Of a stretch of 64,000 nucleotides of DNA, positions 8,970 to 17,656 are shown in pieces (position 1 is the first letter of the stretch; each line of letters opens with the position of its first letter). A program made the translations under genes and the position numbers. The DNA lies in the IMG/VR virus record IMGVR_UViG_3300048997_000225, positions 32,001 to 96,000 of that record; one strand, written 5' to 3'. The notes under the pieces are model-generated. The model ran no database searches. It was given only the letters and a program-made list of their open reading frames with translations, and was not told where the DNA came from. This stretch comes from a virus.

Positions 8970-9597
8970 TTAAATCCTTTACTTCTTCAACTTCGTTCAT
9001 TAATGAACGAAGTTTATTCAAGATATTCATCATTGCAGGAGTGGATTGATTTTGTAATAAATTCAAATCGTGTTGGACATTATCCAATACTCGACAAAAT
9101 TTAACATATTCAGGCAATGATACTTTATTCCGGATTCGTAATAACTTGTTCTCTAAGATATTCAATACACGAGGTACATCCAACCAAGCTTCAGAAGCAT
9201 AATTCGAAGAACTTTTATCTTTAGGATCTTGAATAGGAGATCCTTCAGGCCGTTTTGGAATTCGTATTCTGAAGCGTCTTTCTAAATCTTTCAAGGCCTC
9301 CATAAATGGGAGGCCTTTTAACATCATATATAACTGAATACTATCCCAGTTAGTATGCTCTTTGAAGCAACGAACATAATCCGATCTTGCACCTTGAGCT
9401 GGATAATATCTAGCACTCGGTCTATTGTCTGGTCCATGTCCCGGATTTGGACATTGAATCTGAATAGCAGTGATTTCATCTACTAACATTCCTCCCAGTC
9501 CATGTTCATGGAGAAGCTGGAATGCAGATACATGATTACGGACTTCGTCAGCTCTCCTACGGATCCAATCTTTGTGAGACGGATTAAGTGGTTCCAT
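8956..9597 (-). CDS. stand-alone primase-type (CHC2-like) zinc-binding domain protein
   Basis: IQCPNPGHGPDNRPSA...RCFKEH...DSIQLYM..KGLPFMEALKDL matches the DnaG ZBD pattern; no TOPRIM domain; downstream of the helicase. Confidence 0.78.
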   Translation of the reverse strand: MEPLNPSHKDWIRRRADEVRNHVSAFQLLHEHGLGGMLVDEITAIQIQCPNPGHGPDNRPSARYYPAQGARSDYVRCFKEHTNWDSIQLYMMLKGLPFMEALKDLERRFRIRIPKRPEGSPIQDPKDKSSSNYASEAWLDVPRVLNILENKLLRIRNKVSLPEYVKFCRVLDNVQHDLNLLQNQSTPAMMNILNKLRSLMNEVEEVKDLNATD

Positions 9598-9753
9598 TCA
9601 TTTTCTGATAGACTTGGACTTTGGTAATACAATAACTTCGACGGGTTTACCTCGAGTGGATTGTATAACTCGGTCTGCAGTTAATAAAGTTGTATGTTTC
9701 GGACTAGATTTATTGGACTCTAAGGATGGGAGTCCAAGATACTTCTTCTTCAT
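9598..9753 (-). CDS. 51-aa basic protein (not in the ORF track)
   Basis: MKKKYLGLPSLESNKSSPKHTTLLTADRVIQSTRGKPVEVIVLPKSKSIRK; its ATG overlaps the helicase stop (TAATG) and its TGA abuts the next ATG. Confidence 0.6.
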   Translation of the reverse strand: MKKKYLGLPSLESNKSSPKHTTLLTADRVIQSTRGKPVEVIVLPKSKSIRK

Positions 9754-12572
9754 TATGCTGCTTCTATAATATCGTCAATTCCAAGGGTAATTTGCCTAGC
9801 CGCAGATACCAATTGATCTGTATCCATATCTAACATTCCAGATTCAATGGCCCGCATACGCCGAGATTGCCATAAAATTTTACCTATCATGCGATCAAAT
9901 GGTGGGTTGTCTCGATTTTTGAGACAACCCAAATAAAATTTGCCTTCTTTTCGCAAATTATCATTTAAGTAGGTATATGTAATCACATCTGCTGATTTCT
10001 CACAGTTATGAGATAAGAATCCGCCAGTACAATACTCATGATCGCCTGTGACTTCTAAGTCCCATACCTTTTCATCAGTATATTCCTGGATTCCAGTCAC
10101 TGCAATAAATCGTGTAGTATCAAACCAATTTTTTAAAATATCATAATCATTATTAGTGCCAGCAATCATAGATAGCGTATCAATAATTTCTTGAATGCAT
10201 CCGGTCGTCAATGGTTCGTTATATTCAATATATCTTCCGATTGAATATCGGACTTTTCGAGACCAAGTAATACTTGAATATTCATCGCATAATCTTTTGG
10301 CAATGGAACCTAACGGCCATTGTGTGAAATCACCAGCCTTTTCTGAATCTTGCATGTGATTTACAATTTCACATAATCTTTGTTGTTTATATGGCTCAGT
10401 GAACCCAATTAAATCAAGAAATAGACTCCGAGATTCTCGAGAACGGATTCGTAACACCCAAGAAGGAAATAAATGATCATCCAATTTATTCCACTTCCAA
10501 TATAATGTTGAGTCTATCCCTAAATTAGATAGTAATAATTGGATTTGTCGCAATGTTTTTTCATTTTCGGCTTTCTGATTTACCGATATAATTCCTTGAT
10601 TATTGATACGTCCATTAGTATCAAAAAAGCCTTTCAGAAATGATACTATCATATTCCTTGGAGCAGATAATATACAATCCGGGAGTCCGGGATTTCTATC
10701 TATTCCGACGTCGTTAAACCATCTTGATAAAGCTTTATCAAGATGGTTTAAGTCTGTTGTAGATGATATAAAAGGTGGTTGAGCCACATAAAATGGACTA
10801 CCAAATGAATTTTCAAGAGAATTCTGTAATTTATCCAAAACATGAACTTCGTTGCGATTTAGTATAAATCCGATTAATGAAATGATATTAGTGTGTTTGC
10901 CATCTCCATAGAAAGCTCCTATGATATAGGATAGATCTTCCGTGAGATATTCAGGGACTCTTAGTTGAATCCCGTTCCCCATTATTGATTTTTCTCCTTT
11001 ACCAAAATCTAATTCTGGTAATCGAATCGAATCGACAGGGAATGGAGAAGTCCCGAAATCCGAAATCAAAAACATTCCGGGTTGGAGATCTTTCACATAT
11101 ATCCATTCTTCTTGACCATCACGCATAACTCGCAATCTATGCGAAGATGTTAGTCTGCATTCAATTCCTCTATCAGTTGTTACTCTAAACGTTCGCTTTG
11201 CTCCATTATCATATTTTCCGATCACGCCTTTCCAACCAGTTTTGCTCCATACTAAATCTTCACCTGGTTGAATATTTTCAATAGGAACAAGACCACGTTG
11301 GGTTTTTATCAATGTTCCTTCAGCACAGCATTCATTGGCGTAGGAAATTGCGGATATGTCATATCTCCCATCATTCTTATCAGCTCTCAATTTACCTTGT
11401 CGATTCATTTGAAATAATGCAAGCACTGGGACCGATCGACCTCGGCCGAAATTGAGAGCCATGAGTCTACCATCTCGGACAACATCATTTAAGCTGGATA
11501 CGGTATCCGTGTAACGACGTTTAGTTTTCACAAGTCCGAGATGATCAATAACTATTCCATCACATCCGTATTTGTTATGGAACATTTCAGCTTTGCGCCG
11601 AATATCTTCGATAGAAACATGGTCTGATGGCCGCCAAATATAAGGTTTCCCTCTGGCAGTCGCTTTGAAATCTTGAGCTACGATTTTAAAACGCTCCCGA
11701 TTTCTGGGAGAAAGCTCGCCATCGCGAACTTGTCTGTAATCCAATCCTGTATATCCGTCTTCACTATTCCATTCGGTTACAAATTTACCATGCGAAGAAT
11801 GTATTACATACAGTTGTCGGCGAAGTTGCGAATATGGCATTTCCAAAATGGCATAAAAAATATTCTTGCCATATACCATAATGTTGTTATACATATAATT
11901 CAATGACAAGGAAGTCTTAAGTTCACCTGGAAAAGCGCAATGGATCCAATATTCGCCTTTACGATGACCTTTACAAACTGCGTCAATTGGTTCTAGTCCA
12001 AATAAATTTCTATGCGAATATTTATTGGTCTTCTCAATGATGTCATATTCATTTATGATTTCATCTGCATCTTCTGATGAAACGCCTTCGAGTTTCTCGC
12101 CACCTTCTACCCAAGCAAATTCATGGAGCCGTTCATATAGAAAGTTAACTGCATCAGCCGCGCCACGTAAGCTGATTTTCTTCCCAAAACCTGCATCAAG
12201 CACACGCCCATGTTCAGCAATCGAAGAAGCATCTCTGCACAACAAAATCATGCGCTTGGTTTGTTGTTGTTCTTGTTCATGGCGAAGAATCGATAGATAG
12301 TTGGTACGAATATAAAATTGTGATTTGGAAATCTCAGTCAGTCGTTCTACAGTCTCAATATCATCTAATTTTTCAAAATAATCTTTGGCTAACCCCATAT
12401 CGGGCGGAGCCGACATTTGATTATAAAATGTCTCCAAATATTTATGGATTTTTTGATTTTCTTCGGTATAATACTCAAGCGGATATTCTTGTAATTTCAA
12501 CCAATTATTATATGCTTCTTCAGTTTCCGGTTGCCCACCGACTTGGAAGACGCTTCTTAAGATGCGATCCAT
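9753..12572 (-). CDS. dnaB: DnaB-like replicative helicase precursor containing an intein
   Basis: Variant H1 CAFPGELKTS, H1a ILEM, H2 IVIDHLGL, H3 LFQMNR, H4 ISYANE/CEKSAD split by the intein, KNRD arginine finger. Confidence 0.9.
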   Translation of the reverse strand: MDRILRSVFQVGGQPETEEAYNNWLKLQEYPLEYYTEENQKIHKYLETFYNQMSAPPDMGLAKDYFEKLDDIETVERLTEISKSQFYIRTNYLSILRHEQEQQQTKRMILLCRDASSIAEHGRVLDAGFGKKISLRGAADAVNFLYERLHEFAWVEGGEKLEGVSSEDADEIINEYDIIEKTNKYSHRNLFGLEPIDAVCKGHRKGEYWIHCAFPGELKTSLSLNYMYNNIMVYGKNIFYAILEMPYSQLRRQLYVIHSSHGKFVTEWNSEDGYTGLDYRQVRDGELSPRNRERFKIVAQDFKATARGKPYIWRPSDHVSIEDIRRKAEMFHNKYGCDGIVIDHLGLVKTKRRYTDTVSSLNDVVRDGRLMALNFGRGRSVPVLALFQMNRQGKLRADKNDGRYDISAISYANECCAEGTLIKTQRGLVPIENIQPGEDLVWSKTGWKGVIGKYDNGAKRTFRVTTDRGIECRLTSSHRLRVMRDGQEEWIYVKDLQPGMFLISDFGTSPFPVDSIRLPELDFGKGEKSIMGNGIQLRVPEYLTEDLSYIIGAFYGDGKHTNIISLIGFILNRNEVHVLDKLQNSLENSFGSPFYVAQPPFISSTTDLNHLDKALSRWFNDVGIDRNPGLPDCILSAPRNMIVSFLKGFFDTNGRINNQGIISVNQKAENEKTLRQIQLLLSNLGIDSTLYWKWNKLDDHLFPSWVLRIRSRESRSLFLDLIGFTEPYKQQRLCEIVNHMQDSEKAGDFTQWPLGSIAKRLCDEYSSITWSRKVRYSIGRYIEYNEPLTTGCIQEIIDTLSMIAGTNNDYDILKNWFDTTRFIAVTGIQEYTDEKVWDLEVTGDHEYCTGGFLSHNCEKSADVITYTYLNDNLRKEGKFYLGCLKNRDNPPFDRMIGKILWQSRRMRAIESGMLDMDTDQLVSAARQITLGIDDIIEAA
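10005..11330 (-). mobile_element. 442-aa intein with LAGLIDADG endonuclease domain
   Basis: Block A CCAEGTLI, block B LTSSHRL, LAGLIDADG-like IIGAFYGDG and FLKGFFDTNG, block F VWDLEV, block G LSHN followed by +1 Cys. Confidence 0.93.
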
Positions 12573-12575
12573 GAC

Positions 12576-13370
12576 TTACTGCCTTTTCTTCCTAGAAACT
12601 GCTATTCCAGATCCATAAATATTCATCGGACTGGACTCGGAATCATCATCTGGAACGGATAGAATCTTCTTGGATGGAACCGAATCTTTAGATTGTATTG
12701 ATCTTTGTTTTTTAGCCGGTCTACTCTCTGGATCCATATATACTGGAGCGGCATCGATGTTGGATATTGTAGCATGTATAATCGGTGGAATAATCATTCG
12801 TTCCATCCCAGTACATAATAATTCCCATACTGAATCGGAATAAGCAAAACTGGCCGAATTGAATTGATTATTATTGTCGCTGATAGCCCATGTTACTTTA
12901 TCGTAATCTAGACGGTGTGAAAGAGCTTCTTCTAAAGCTCCAGCCGCCGCTTTATTTTTATATGATAATTTATTGAGCCTGATGATAACTATATCTGGAT
13001 TAAACATTAAATCATATACACTATTATATATATCACCAACAAAATCATCAGTGCGAGATGATTTGGATCGCTTACCTAAATATACATCAATAATATCTAA
13101 ATCACTGGTCAATTTGATGAATTTGGTCGGATATTTAATATATAATAATTTAAGAAAAGCTTTCATATCTTCCCAGTTCACTGTCAAGAACAATGACTGA
13201 TTGATTCTATTTATCAAATCATGCTGAGCATGTTTTTTATTTACAGTTGCCTTCCGAACATAAGGAGGCATAGCATTAGAAATGCGCCTTAAGAATGCAC
13301 ATTTGCATTCATATAATTTCCCATCTCGCTCAATAACTCCAACATCGGAGCATAATTTGCATTTGGTCAT
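12576..13370 (-). CDS. DnaC/DnaI-like helicase-loader homologue with degenerate ATPase
   Basis: N-terminal CKLC.D.G...CKC Zn motif; DIVII and R....KVTWAISD echo DnaC Walker B and sensor regions; no Walker A; directly upstream of dnaB. Confidence 0.55.
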   Translation of the reverse strand: MTKCKLCSDVGVIERDGKLYECKCAFLRRISNAMPPYVRKATVNKKHAQHDLINRINQSLFLTVNWEDMKAFLKLLYIKYPTKFIKLTSDLDIIDVYLGKRSKSSRTDDFVGDIYNSVYDLMFNPDIVIIRLNKLSYKNKAAAGALEEALSHRLDYDKVTWAISDNNNQFNSASFAYSDSVWELLCTGMERMIIPPIIHATISNIDAAPVYMDPESRPAKKQRSIQSKDSVPSKKILSVPDDDSESSPMNIYGSGIAVSRKKRQ

Positions 13371-15496
13371 ATATCAGAAAAATCTATATCATTATATAGG
13401 GCTGGAGCCACTACGTTATTTAAAATGCTGGCTGCAGATTTTTTACTAGCGGCTTTTTTATCGGACGTAGAACGGATACTTTTAATTGCAGATTTTTTAA
13501 TATTGGCTATCTTTAGTTTGATGTCTTCAGATTGTCCAGACGTATGACTCCGGATAAGATCCATAATTTCCATAACAGCTTCATGTTCAGTAAATTCCAG
13601 ACCGCCTTTTAGAGCTTCTCCGGCTACCGTATCAGCAAGTTTCTTTTTATTTCGCAAAATTTTTATAACATGATTATCAATTGTTTTATCACCATTCATG
13701 CGTTTAGCAACAAGATGAGTGGCTAAAACACTGATATGTTTGGATCCAATACGAATGGCTCGGCCTGTGAGTTGCACATATCTGCCCCAACTAAATGGAG
13801 AATCTATAAAAACAATATGTTCTGCGGATTGCAAGTTAATAGATTCCGAACCAGCGGTCGTAATCAATATTACATTCACGCCAGAATTCATATCACGAAA
13901 CTTCGCAGCATTTTCAAAACGAACTTTTGGATCGTTTTCTTTCCCGGTAATCCTAAGATATTTGATCTTTTCTTTTTTAAATCGAGTTTCAATTAATGAA
14001 ATCATTTTTTCGAATCGCGAGAAAACAATAGTCTTGATATTAGAATCTTCTTCCAAAATATCTATCAGAGTTTCTATTTTGGAAGATTCTCCTTCGAATG
14101 GATTTCCGTCTTCATCCATGAGAAGTTGAGGAGCATTGCATGCTTGCTGCACCATAACCATAGAAGTTATCATGCTGGCAGTATCAGTCTCTGAATTATT
14201 TCCTTCGTTCAATAAACCAAGTTCTGCTATATCATATAATTCTTCTTGTTCTCTAGTCAGAACGCAAGCAATTTCTTTAGTGATTAGTTCCGGGAGTTCT
14301 TTAGCTACTTGATGTTTTTGTCTGGATAAATAAAATGGTTCAATTTTATTTATAAACGATGTTAATTGATCTTTGGTATGTCCAATGACTATCGGGACTT
14401 TTCGTCCACCACCAATAGGTTGTAACTTAGTTAGACAATAATCAGTTTGGAAATGCGATATTTTAGGGAAAAGTTGTGGATAAATAATTCGAAATATACT
14501 AAAGAACTCCATGAGACGGTTTTCAACTGGGGTAGCTGTGAGTCCGATAACGCGTGAACTACAAGCGGCTAATTCTGCACACAACTCATGGATTTTAGAT
14601 TTATGACTCTTGAGCGTATGTATCTCGTCAAAAACGAATACTATTTTGGCTTTGGGATCTCGCTTAATTAATTCTTTGATATGATCCAATAGTCCAGTAG
14701 TTTGAACTGGAGGCTCGACTAAATCTCGAGCTCGATTGAGTTCGAGTTGAGTTTGATGCCATAAATTTCGTGCCGATTTTGCGGCTCGTAATCGTTTTTC
14801 ATCGCCTTCTGTCCAGTTCCCTGGAGGAGCCGGGAACGGAGCATCAGGATCCGACGGCTTCAATACAGCATTCAAATATTCGGAAAAATTCTCGCCCCGA
14901 TTGACAAAATAATCTTCGAACGCTTTTTTCTCTACTTTCAATGCATTTTTAGCAATAATAGCGGCTTTTTTTGCTTTATTTAATAATGATTTGATATTTT
15001 TGTTCGGTTTTTGTTTTTTATCTCGAATAACAGCTGTCTGACTATCCTTTATAATATTATCATAAGTTAGAATCAATAATTTTTTGCGATCGGGGGAATA
15101 ATTATCAAAAAAATCTTTGTAAATACTGGCTCTTTCATATGGTTCGCCGTAGACAACCATGGCTTCCATATTTTGCATGAATTTTTTGATTTCACCATCC
15201 CATTGAAAAATAGCTGATTTTTTAGCAACAACGATTGGTATATATTCGGGTTCAATCATCCAAATATATCCAAGAGTTGTTAAAGTGATGATGGTTTTGC
15301 CAAGTCCAGTTGCATCGGAATTCAAAGTCCGGGTGACTCGGAGCATATCCATGACTCCGATTTTTTGATAATTCCGGAGCTCTACTGGATGACTTTCTCC
15401 ATATTCATCAATATAAATGTTTCGAAGATATGGAGATGGCTTTAAAACCGGATTTTCTAACGTCCGAATTTTTCGTATTTTCTCAATGTCTATCAT
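13367..15496 (-). CDS. SNF2-family helicase/ATPase
   Basis: LRNYQ, DATGLGKT, FDEIH, LTATPVENRL, IVFSRF, SESINLQSA, QLTGRAIRIG. Confidence 0.92.
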   Translation of the reverse strand: MIDIEKIRKIRTLENPVLKPSPYLRNIYIDEYGESHPVELRNYQKIGVMDMLRVTRTLNSDATGLGKTIITLTTLGYIWMIEPEYIPIVVAKKSAIFQWDGEIKKFMQNMEAMVVYGEPYERASIYKDFFDNYSPDRKKLLILTYDNIIKDSQTAVIRDKKQKPNKNIKSLLNKAKKAAIIAKNALKVEKKAFEDYFVNRGENFSEYLNAVLKPSDPDAPFPAPPGNWTEGDEKRLRAAKSARNLWHQTQLELNRARDLVEPPVQTTGLLDHIKELIKRDPKAKIVFVFDEIHTLKSHKSKIHELCAELAACSSRVIGLTATPVENRLMEFFSIFRIIYPQLFPKISHFQTDYCLTKLQPIGGGRKVPIVIGHTKDQLTSFINKIEPFYLSRQKHQVAKELPELITKEIACVLTREQEELYDIAELGLLNEGNNSETDTASMITSMVMVQQACNAPQLLMDEDGNPFEGESSKIETLIDILEEDSNIKTIVFSRFEKMISLIETRFKKEKIKYLRITGKENDPKVRFENAAKFRDMNSGVNVILITTAGSESINLQSAEHIVFIDSPFSWGRYVQLTGRAIRIGSKHISVLATHLVAKRMNGDKTIDNHVIKILRNKKKLADTVAGEALKGGLEFTEHEAVMEIMDLIRSHTSGQSEDIKLKIANIKKSAIKSIRSTSDKKAASKKSAASILNNVVAPALYNDIDFSDI

Positions 15497-15515
15497 AATT
15501 ATAATGACAAATCAA

Positions 15516-16136
15516 TCAATTAAATGAAAAATACAATCCAGTTAATATACTAGACCGGACTCCATCATAAATTAACGCGTAGCCTGCAAATGGTCCAAAA
15601 TTCTTGGTGATATCTAATCCTACATTTAAACCAACACTCCGTATTCCGGCATGAACACTAGTATTAACTGGCCCTAAATGAAAAAAATCTACGCCAGCGC
15701 CGATATCAAGGAACTGTTGTGATTCTCCACCAAATGATTTAATAAGTTGTGGGACTAACACGCCAGATTCGGCTTTAATCCGAAGTCTAAACATAGGATC
15801 TGGAGGTTGTTCACGATAGGCGACTTGGATAGGCAATGTGGCCTCCATATCCCTTTCTATCGTGGTCCCAAGTTTTAATTTCAAACGTAATGGTTTTTTA
15901 TCTCCACCATCAATATATACTCTATCTTGCCAATCTCGTATAATAATTATCGGATCTTGGATTTCAAGAACGGCTTGGGAATCTTTGATATCCTTTAATT
16001 CTTGAACAGCTTTCGTGACTTCGTCACGTTGTGGCTCAGTTAAACAAACAACATATTGTGGCGGACAATCATTAATCAATAATGTAGTGGATGGTTGTAA
16101 AGCTAAAACTAAAGACGTCAAAAATAAAGGTGTCAT
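15516..16136 (-). CDS. exported protein with C-terminal amphipathic beta-strands (putative outer-membrane protein)
   Basis: Hydrophobic N-terminus; about six alternating-pattern strands ending GLYFSFN. Confidence 0.55.
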   Translation of the reverse strand: MTPLFLTSLVLALQPSTTLLINDCPPQYVVCLTEPQRDEVTKAVQELKDIKDSQAVLEIQDPIIIIRDWQDRVYIDGGDKKPLRLKLKLGTTIERDMEATLPIQVAYREQPPDPMFRLRIKAESGVLVPQLIKSFGGESQQFLDIGAGVDFFHLGPVNTSVHAGIRSVGLNVGLDITKNFGPFAGYALIYDGVRSSILTGLYFSFN

Positions 16137-16645
16137 TTTTTCCCTTTCAAAATATCCAAAACGTTATCTGGATTCACTCCAGTGTCGTGATTTCGAACTT
16201 CATAAATATCGGGAGACACTTCAATCACTTCTTGGACGTCTTTATTTTTAACACCATTAGGTAACTGAACTGTTACGGTCCCTTTATCTGGATGAATGAT
16301 TTGAATAGTGTCTGGATTACTGAATATTCCGGGTTCTACAATAGTTGTAGCAACTGGAGCTTGAACATATCCTTTATCATCGGACATTCCGAGTGGAATC
16401 ATAGTTCCGTCAGGATTTTTCCTATCTGATGGAGGAATACCTCGAGCAGATGGTTTTTTGGAATCCCAAAGTTTACTCAAAAGCCCACCGATTTGAAATG
16501 TTTTCCCGCTAATAAGCATTGCCACCGCAACAACGATCAAAAGAATCGTCAGTGCAGTGGCTAATGGATATTTAAGAATTAAGTTGTAAAGATTGCGGAA
16601 AAAAACTACTATATATGACCAAATTATGTTGAAGAATTTTTTCAC
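16133..16645 (-). CDS. single-pass membrane protein
   Basis: TM segment PLATALTILLIVVAVAMLI; ATGA overlap with the downstream gene. Confidence 0.7.
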   Translation of the reverse strand: MKKFFNIIWSYIVVFFRNLYNLILKYPLATALTILLIVVAVAMLISGKTFQIGGLLSKLWDSKKPSARGIPPSDRKNPDGTMIPLGMSDDKGYVQAPVATTIVEPGIFSNPDTIQIIHPDKGTVTVQLPNGVKNKDVQEVIEVSPDIYEVRNHDTGVNPDNVLDILKGKK

Positions 16646-16673
16646 ATAAAGATCATACCAATTAGGATCTCAA

Positions 16674-17627
16674 TCAAATATTATCGTCCGAGCAACAGAA
16701 TTCACCAACTCTCAATTGAACGCATTTGCTCGGATTAGGGTTAGTCATATGAGTGAATTGAGGATTATTGGTGCAATCATACAGATTGGAATGTACAGGA
16801 TCTTTGCAGGAAGATGAGCTGTAAGTGAATTTGCATTGATTCACGTCCGTATCGCAACACCATACGTCAGGAATACCAGAGGATTTGCAAGTACTGGCCG
16901 GTGCCACAGGCACATTAGCAGGATTGGTCCCAGTATTCGGACATCGGTATTCAAGAGGATTGGACATGTTATATCCAGTGCAAGCCGCAGGAATAGTCTT
17001 ATCACGAACGCAACCTTGGCATTTATTAGATACGCAAGCTTGAAATAGCGGGCAAGCTTGAAGCTCGGTGAATACCGAACAATCGACAACTGTCGATCCG
17101 CCGCATCCTGTTGGAACATGTCCACATTCAGCATGAGCTGCTGCACAGGCATCTTTATCTGACAATGGAACACATTGTGCACATTTGTTAGGTTCATTCT
17201 TTCCACATAGACCGGGATCTTCTGCTCCCCAGAGTCCAGTGCATTTGGTGGAACATTGAACAAAATGTCCACATGAATCCGGAACCATTCCGCAGTATCC
17301 AGCGGGACAAGCTTGGGGAACGCATACGGAAGAACCGCCACTTCCACCGGTCCCGTTACCGCTTCCACCGCTACTTGTCGTGCCGCCGGTCCCTCCGGTA
17401 CTTCCGCCGGTCCATCCGGTACTTGTCGTGCCGCCGGTGCCGACGTCTGTACCACCGGTGCCAGCATCTCCTCCAGAGTTCTGGCCGGCATTTCCGCCGG
17501 TACCGGCGCTGCCTGCTGTTCCTACGATACGATTGTTAGATGCAGAGGAATCACTTCCTCCACAAGCGATGATGAAATGAGTTGATGAAATGAGAATGAT
17601 ACTGAAAAAATTTTTGAAATTGGTCAT
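16674..17627 (-). CDS. Cys-rich lipoprotein with Gly/Thr/Ser linker
   Basis: Signal-like N-terminus and lipobox IIA-C; GGTGG linker; repeated CVP..C...CG.VP..CG units; locally GC-rich. Confidence 0.75.
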   Translation of the reverse strand: MTNFKNFFSIILISSTHFIIACGGSDSSASNNRIVGTAGSAGTGGNAGQNSGGDAGTGGTDVGTGGTTSTGWTGGSTGGTGGTTSSGGSGNGTGGSGGSSVCVPQACPAGYCGMVPDSCGHFVQCSTKCTGLWGAEDPGLCGKNEPNKCAQCVPLSDKDACAAAHAECGHVPTGCGGSTVVDCSVFTELQACPLFQACVSNKCQGCVRDKTIPAACTGYNMSNPLEYRCPNTGTNPANVPVAPASTCKSSGIPDVWCCDTDVNQCKFTYSSSSCKDPVHSNLYDCTNNPQFTHMTNPNPSKCVQLRVGEFCCSDDNI

Positions 17628-17656
17628 GATGCCAACTACATCACCCATTCCAAGAT

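Noticed and set aside
16836-17585. 216-aa overlapping ORF and several plus-strand ORFs in the lipoprotein gene (possible nested spanin)
   Set aside because: No lipobox or TM segment; explained by the GC-rich Gly linker
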